A stretch of 64,000 nt of DNA from Eledone cirrhosa (taxonomy: Eukaryota), in NCBI GenBank assembly GCA_964016885.1, contig OZ024742.1:116622001-116686000 (forward strand), read 5' to 3'. Within the stretch, counting starts at the first letter, position 1. Each line of letters begins with the position of its first letter. The notes under the pieces are model-generated. The model was not told where the DNA came from. It searched no databases and saw only the letters and a list, made by a program, of their open reading frames with translations. Position numbers and translations under genes: made by a program. Shown in pieces: positions 57,270-64,000 of the stretch.

Positions 57270-60200
57270 ATTACACTGTGAGAAAGGTATTGAGTGTTTT
57301 TCTCCTCTTTTCATAGAATAACTGATATGGTGCTGGAACCATCCAAGAAGGGACTGGAACAGAAATAAGAATAGTGTTGAAATATATGCGTCCTTTCTTC
57401 TGTCATAAATAGCTGTTATTGTTTAATCCAGAGTCATTTCACTGAGTAGACCAATGATGAATGGCATTCCAGCCATGACCACTCCATTTTTTTCTGTTAG
57501 CACTCAGAATGTAGGACTACATTAATCAGTGTATCTTGCCTTTTTCCAAAACAACATTGTAATTTATAGAAAATGTGGTTGCTATATCTAACAAGTCAAG
57601 CGTCATCATTGAGCTATAAAATAACTTCATTTTTTCACAAATATATTTGAGATGATAATCTTTTAGGATATTAACTCTATTTCAATGTTCATATCCTCTA
57701 GGCCATTGACACTTTAGGATATAGCTATGTGGAGATTTATCATTGTCTGTTTTGTCCACATGATAATAATTCTATGGTAACTATTTTAATATTTTGGAGC
57801 CTAGCTCTGAAATTATCAGAAGTGACAGACTATAAACCAACATTTCATAAAAAGTGCCTCCCGCATTCACAAAAAATAGACAGTTGGGGTTATAAAATAT
57901 GAATTAAGGAAGATGTTACACTGCAGGGACTATAGACCTACAGAAGCAGATAATGGGTGCAATGTTCAGGATTTAAGCAATGCAATGAATGACAAAGGCA
58001 TCGCTTATTTTTATCTCTAATCTATAAATAGTGCCATAGTTATTTTGATTCATCCACCTCCAAGCGACTAATCTTTCTAGTAATTCTCATCTTTTCACTT
58101 TGGTGGTTCTCTTATGTAAAAAGAGTTTCTTCTCTGGTAGTTTATTTCTTCAGATGTCTATCTCATGGAAACATCTTCCTTCTTTTGTTTCACTGATGGG
58201 TACAATCCTCTTAAATCTTAAGTTGTTCATATTCTGATTTAAAGGGCAGCATTTCATTAGAAATATTCCGGATAGTTCTCCAATGTGTGGATACCTTTCT
58301 CCCACGTGTGCAAAAGAGAGAGAGAGATGTGTGTCTCTTTTTGCATTTAACATCACTAGAGTAAATAGTGACATTTGTTTATCTCCCACAAAAACATAAG
58401 TGCCATGGTTCAGCAGTTTAAACATATGTAGATCTGCACTGAAAAGCTACAAGTGGGGGTTGCTGTCAGGAAAGGCATCTAACTATAGAATTATTCTTTA
58501 AAAAATTATTTTCCTACTCATGCCAGCATGGAGAAAAACATAAACACAATGTTTATTTACAATATTTATACTATCATATTAAATATTTTCAGTTTTCATG
58601 GTGATTTATTTTTAAATCTATTACTGCACATATATTTATGTTTATAATCAATAAGAAAATGTTATATTTTTTCCTCAGTGTGTTTCAAGTAATGACATGA
58701 TTCAATAAAATACATAACAGAAATTGTCTCTTACATGATATCTTTTGTATCAGTTAACAGTTAAGGTAGTCTTAAGGTAGACATATGTGAATACAGAAAA
58801 ACAAACAATTCATATTCTAAGGCCCCGCTCTCCTCTGTGGTGAATGTCATGTTGTCTCTTGCAAAATAAGCTAGTGAATATGATATCAAAGTGTACTTGA
58901 TTATTTCTAAAATTTTCAACAGCAGAAATAATCACAATGTGGCACTTAGTGAAAAATATGGGTTTGGCACCATTATACTTTGACTAAACATGCAAGGATG
59001 GAAACACCAAAAGATATTGCCTTATTATATGGACCTGCAAATCCTGATGGAGTTGTAGAATCACTGTAATGACATACAACATGCCTTGGGTATTTTATTC
59101 TGGTGAATCCATCTCCAGGTCTGAACATATCTGATTTCTTCCACAGAGAGAGAGGAGCAAGTGACAAAGAGATATAGAAGAAGAATCGATTCATGTAATG
59201 GACTGGTACATTATTTTTGTATTGTGCTGGAAAGAATGAAATGCAACGTTGACCTTAACAGATTTTGATGCCAGAGCCCAGAAATCCAGCATTGTAACAA
59301 ATCCTGCCAATTCATTATTCTTTCGTCTTATTAGGAACCACTATACATAGTCATTGTTTCTTTATAATTAGAATATTGTACGCATGAGTATAGTTGAATG
59401 GTTAAGAATTTACTTTGGAATATGTGTATGGTATGTTAGGCAAGTGTCATTGACTATAGACTCATGCTGATCAATTTTACTTTGTGATTGAATTTAGTAG
59501 CTGAAACTGCATGCATGTCTGTCATGTATATGGTGGGATGTACATTTATATGTTTGTGTCTATGTCCGTGTTTGTGTTTGTCAATTACCTCAAGCATCTT
59601 CATACCAACACCTTTTAAAAGATCAAACGATAACATATGTTTATGTTCCCCTGAAACAATACATCCCAGTGTAGCAGTTTATATACTATGCTTAAAATAA
59701 AGTCTTGTCCAGTCAGTGCAAGCATAGATAAAGAGGATATAGAAACAATGATTATTGGATCAGTTAATTTTCCTTACTATACCATATGTTCTTGATATTT
59801 ATTGAGTTAAACAATCTTTGTTCTACTGCCATTTTGTCATCTTGATCAATATACTACAGAAGAAAAGGTTCATGATTTTTAGCTTTTACTAAACTTATAG
59901 TTACAATGTTTCTATTTCTGTATTCTCTGATACATTTGTTATATTTAGCTGACTAAGATGAACAAATCTATGTTGTCTTTAGATATTTTCCAATTTGGTA
60001 TTAATTTTCCTGACAACTAATATGAATTCATGCAAATGTTGATTTTTAAACCTTAATGATATCACTGTAACCATTAAAACTACTTGTCTTCATGTATTTC
60101 CAGTTAGTTTCACAATTCTCTTTGATCTTGTGATATATTTACGCAATCATTGCTGCAGTTTCATAGCAAGTCTCCATTTACATTAAGTTTTGTTTGGTTT

Positions 60201-60464
60201 TCAACTATGGCTGTTGCTAATGTTGTTTCTGCTGTTGCCTGCCTTCAATATTTCCATTTTATTATGAATAACCTTTCAGTGTGTGTTAGTGAGATCGTAG
60301 AAGACACAAGCAATAATGGTTTTTGTTGATTACCTTTAGTAATCTCTGCTTCAGTAAACTTATGTTATAGAGATAGCATACTTCAGTAAACTATAGCAAT
60401 AGCTTCATTCAGTAAAATCATGTGGATAGCTTACTCGAGTAAATCTATGAAGGTAGCATAGTGA

Positions 60465-60960
60465 ATGCATATGGTCTAGTGGTTAGGGTATTGGGATCAT
60501 GATTGCATTTATATCATTTTATTAGATATTATAAGCTTTTAGAATACTTATCACTTAAATTTGTTACTGCATATATCGTATTTTCATTTATATTCAATAA
60601 TGAAATGCTGTGTTATATTTTCTGTGGTGTTAGTATGTTTTACATATAGAAATGATTCAATAAAATACCTCACAAAATCTTTTTCCTTATGATGAAAATT
60701 ATTGTCTCTGACAAGGTATCTTTGAAAGCAGTTAAGGTAATAAAGAGAATATTAGTTTCAGAAAACCCATTGGTTTGATTCCCAGACTCGAATGGCATGT
60801 TGTATCCTTATGTAAAGCACTTAATTACATGCTAGTTCAGTCCAGTCAGCAGAAAAATAGAAATGCCAGCAGCAGCAGGGGTTTAACCTTACAGCAGACT
60901 GGTACCCTGTCCAGTAGGGCCAAGAAGAGTGTTTTACTCTCAGTCACTTAACATCATATG
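60465..60960 (+). mobile_element. Old tRNA-derived SINE split by a ~260-bp AT-rich repeat (60507-60768, homologous to ~58560-58790)
   Basis: A-box-like TGGTCTAGTGG at ~60472. B-box-like GTTTGATTCC and a decayed core resume at ~60772. Confidence 0.5.
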
Positions 60961-62902
60961 AAACCAGGATACACTCTGGCCTTATGAACCTCTAGTCTCA
61001 AGAAAGACTTTCCCCTCCCGATTTATCATTCAGAGAACACACGTGTATGTTATGTTCTAAACACCAGCTTAATAATGAGAAAGTTATTTATATTATTAAA
61101 TCCCTCAGAAATATTGATTATCTTCAAAATTACTTCAATATCATAAACAGTGTCTTTCATTAGACATATGGAAACAAGTGAGTTAATATAATACCTTAGG
61201 CTAATTTATGTATTAGTCTTTGTGGTGCCATAAAACTAATAACAGCTGCTGTGTACCATGTTGTTGCTGTTGTTCTTTCTTAACACAAGTGCAAAGCTAA
61301 GAGAGCTTTCATTTCACTAAAGAATTCTGTCTTTGAACGCACCAAAATTTTACTTTGAGTGGATTAGCCATAGTAGAAAATTAATTTTTCTTTTCTTCTG
61401 TTTCAAAAATCTCTTTGGCAACAGGTGCTTGGTTCTACAATAAGCAAATAATTAATTATGCAAGATACCACACAGCTGGTGTGTTAAGGTTGTTATATAT
61501 ACATATGTATATATATATACGCACACATACAATAAGTAGATATATAGGGATTGATCATATTAGTGACTAATCATGGTTGTTGTTGTATTTGAACCTAAAG
61601 TCATTTGGCATGTATTCTCCCACAACAAACATCATTAGTGGTAAAATCAATAAGTAGCAGTTCAATAAATGTCTTTACTACATTAGTTTGCCACCTACAC
61701 AGAAAACTATAAAAATTGTTGATGTACATCAAATATATATTTGCCTGTATTTTTGTGAATATATACATCTCTGCTCATATATGAGTTTCTGTTCAGTTAT
61801 ATGTTAGTGTTTGTGTTATGAGTATATATTTTCGTATTCTGAGGGCAAATTGATGGCAAATTTCCATGAAAATTCTTTAGTAGGAAAGGAATAATTTGTA
61901 AGAAAAATTAATTATGGTAACAACAGCTTTATCTCTTTTGATCATGATTGATTGCCAAAATGCTGAAGTATCATCTCTACAGTGTGAACTACTTTTCATA
62001 ACAAACCAGAGATTTGAAGTCAGTTTGTGTCAAATCTTTGCAGCTTTTTCCTTTATGGTGAAAACAATTATCTTGTAATAAAATTCAAGTCGATTTTTCA
62101 TTCTTTCAATCATCACGCTATTATGTAGTATAGAATAAAACATTATCATTGATCACATTATGCCAATCCTGGCCTAGCAAAAAGCATAAGCTTTAAAATC
62201 TCACTCAGATTTACCATTACACTGATAATTTTGCTGTTTAGTAAGTATTGTTAGGACAGAAGTATACTATTAAAAATAAATGATGCCTACAATAAAGTTC
62301 TGATTTTTATTAAAGTCCTCTCTTTCTACATATTTTGTTAATGCCATTAACAAGAAACATCTACCTTCTCTTAAAAATATAAGTTATTGTAATTCAGTTA
62401 TTTTCAAACATTTTTATCCAGTTTAACCAATGGCAACGTTTTGAAAGTAAATGTACCTCTATCTCTTTTTGCTCAGTTATTTGGGTCTACTTCCCCACAA
62501 TAATACAGTAACGGATGAAGGAATAATTTTAAAATATCGTTTTCATTATTATTATTTTCAGTTGAAATAACTGTAATAGCCCCAAACAACATTCTTTTAT
62601 TGATATACTGAGTTCTTCCACAATAGTGTTGTTAGATGTCTCCAGATTTTCTGTTTCCTGCTTCAATGAACTAAGATTTTTCTTATTTCAATGTTTCTGG
62701 TATTCAGCAATGACACCAAGTACCAATCATCTTGAAAGCTTGACATAGTGGATTTTTGTAAAGCTGATAATTATATTAAAAATACAAGCAATGTTGATGG
62801 AGTGAGATGTATTGCATGAATTTCTTTCTCTAGTTTGATGGGAAGATCCATTGAGATGAGATGAAATGATACACACACACAGGCATACACACATACAGGC
62901 AT

Positions 62903-62953
<51 letters not shown>

Positions 62954-64000
62954 CATACATTCCATAGTGCTGGTACCACAATGAGGTACCCTCAGTACAC
63001 ACTATGGGGTGATTGGCAGTGAGAGGAGCGTCCAGAAGTAGAAGCCATGCCTAAAAGTTTTGAAATGACCCTTTCATCACAATAAACTCTCGAGCCTCAA
63101 AAAGTGCACCCAGTACTCTCTAGAAATGTGTTAGTGATACTAGCTGCATCCAGTCATAGAGATATTGCCAATCAAAGGGTAGAGAGAAGTTTTCAGTAGT
63201 GTCAAAGACATGGCAATCTCACTTCTAGTGGTGTTACAATAAAATGCACCTAGTGTACTCTGTAGTGTGCAGGAACATGTGTGATATGGACACTGGCTAT
63301 CTGAGAGAACTCATTCCAGTTAAAAATTAACTTTCATGGAAAATCTATCATTTTTACATGTTGTTTCCATGCTGGCATAGGTTTAACAAGTGTTTTTGAA
63401 GCAGTATTCTACAGCTGGATGCCCTTTCTGAGGCCAAGCAACCGTGGCTTATTTTTTGAACCCTTCTTCGTTTGGCAATCTGTCAAGCTGCAGAATATAT
63501 TATTTATGCAACACATTAAAAATTGTACTGGTTGTTTAAGCAGGGTCAATATAAAGACAATGTGTGTGTAAAACAAGTGTCTAACAAATTTAGCTCACAA
63601 AACATTGATCGACGTGAGACTATAATACAAGACAATTGACAAAGATGTCACACAGTGAGATGGAACACAAAACTAGATGATAGCAAAGCAAACTTCTTAA
63701 CTACACAGTTATAGCTCACAATATCAAATTATATATACAGCATTTAGTTGTTTACTAGCTAATTAGTGAGCTTCTAAATGGTTTTTAGAGCTTCTATAAA
63801 TAGCAGTTAAATCTCTCCAAAATCTCATTCTGCTCTCTTACAAAAATAAGCAAGTAGTTCTGTATATACTATATCTACAAAACAAGCTGTGATAGTTCCA
63901 GTTTGAATGTATTTCATCTTTTTTCTGATCAAACAAAGCTAACCTCGGACTAAACAGCAACAAAAAGGAATTCTTGTTAATGTGGGTTCAGATTCAAATG

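Overview
Very AT-rich animal genomic DNA, almost entirely repetitive, with no host exon that I can support. The LINE/SINE tails and microsatellite load suggest an octopus or other cephalopod (inference). The window holds a decayed IR/DR-type Tc1 (DD34E) transposon, a mariner fragment, RTE LINEs with a PHD finger inside the RT, two CR1-type LINE copies and tRNA-derived SINEs. The dominant content is a dense cluster of Penelope-like elements (PLEs, Naiad-type RT + GIY-YIG) and small non-coding relatives inserted in (TA)n/(TA)nTGCA tracts. One PLE ORF is intact (35558-37999) and sits in a 12-kb structure with ~4.5-kb inverted arms. Reading by eye gave about 20 type-I hammerhead ribozyme (HHR) motifs from about a dozen families. 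These include U3/A8 core variants, a ~116-nt stem II with a compensatory change, and a retrozyme-like 419-bp tandem repeat. The most striking pattern is that the insertions are head-to-head with both 3' ends facing outward, and the two arms stop at two stereotyped distances past the predicted cleavage site (~45-65 nt and ~130-205 nt) in several unrelated families. This suggests one RNA is primed twice at fixed internal sites. All structures and coordinates were derived manually and need computational and experimental confirmation.
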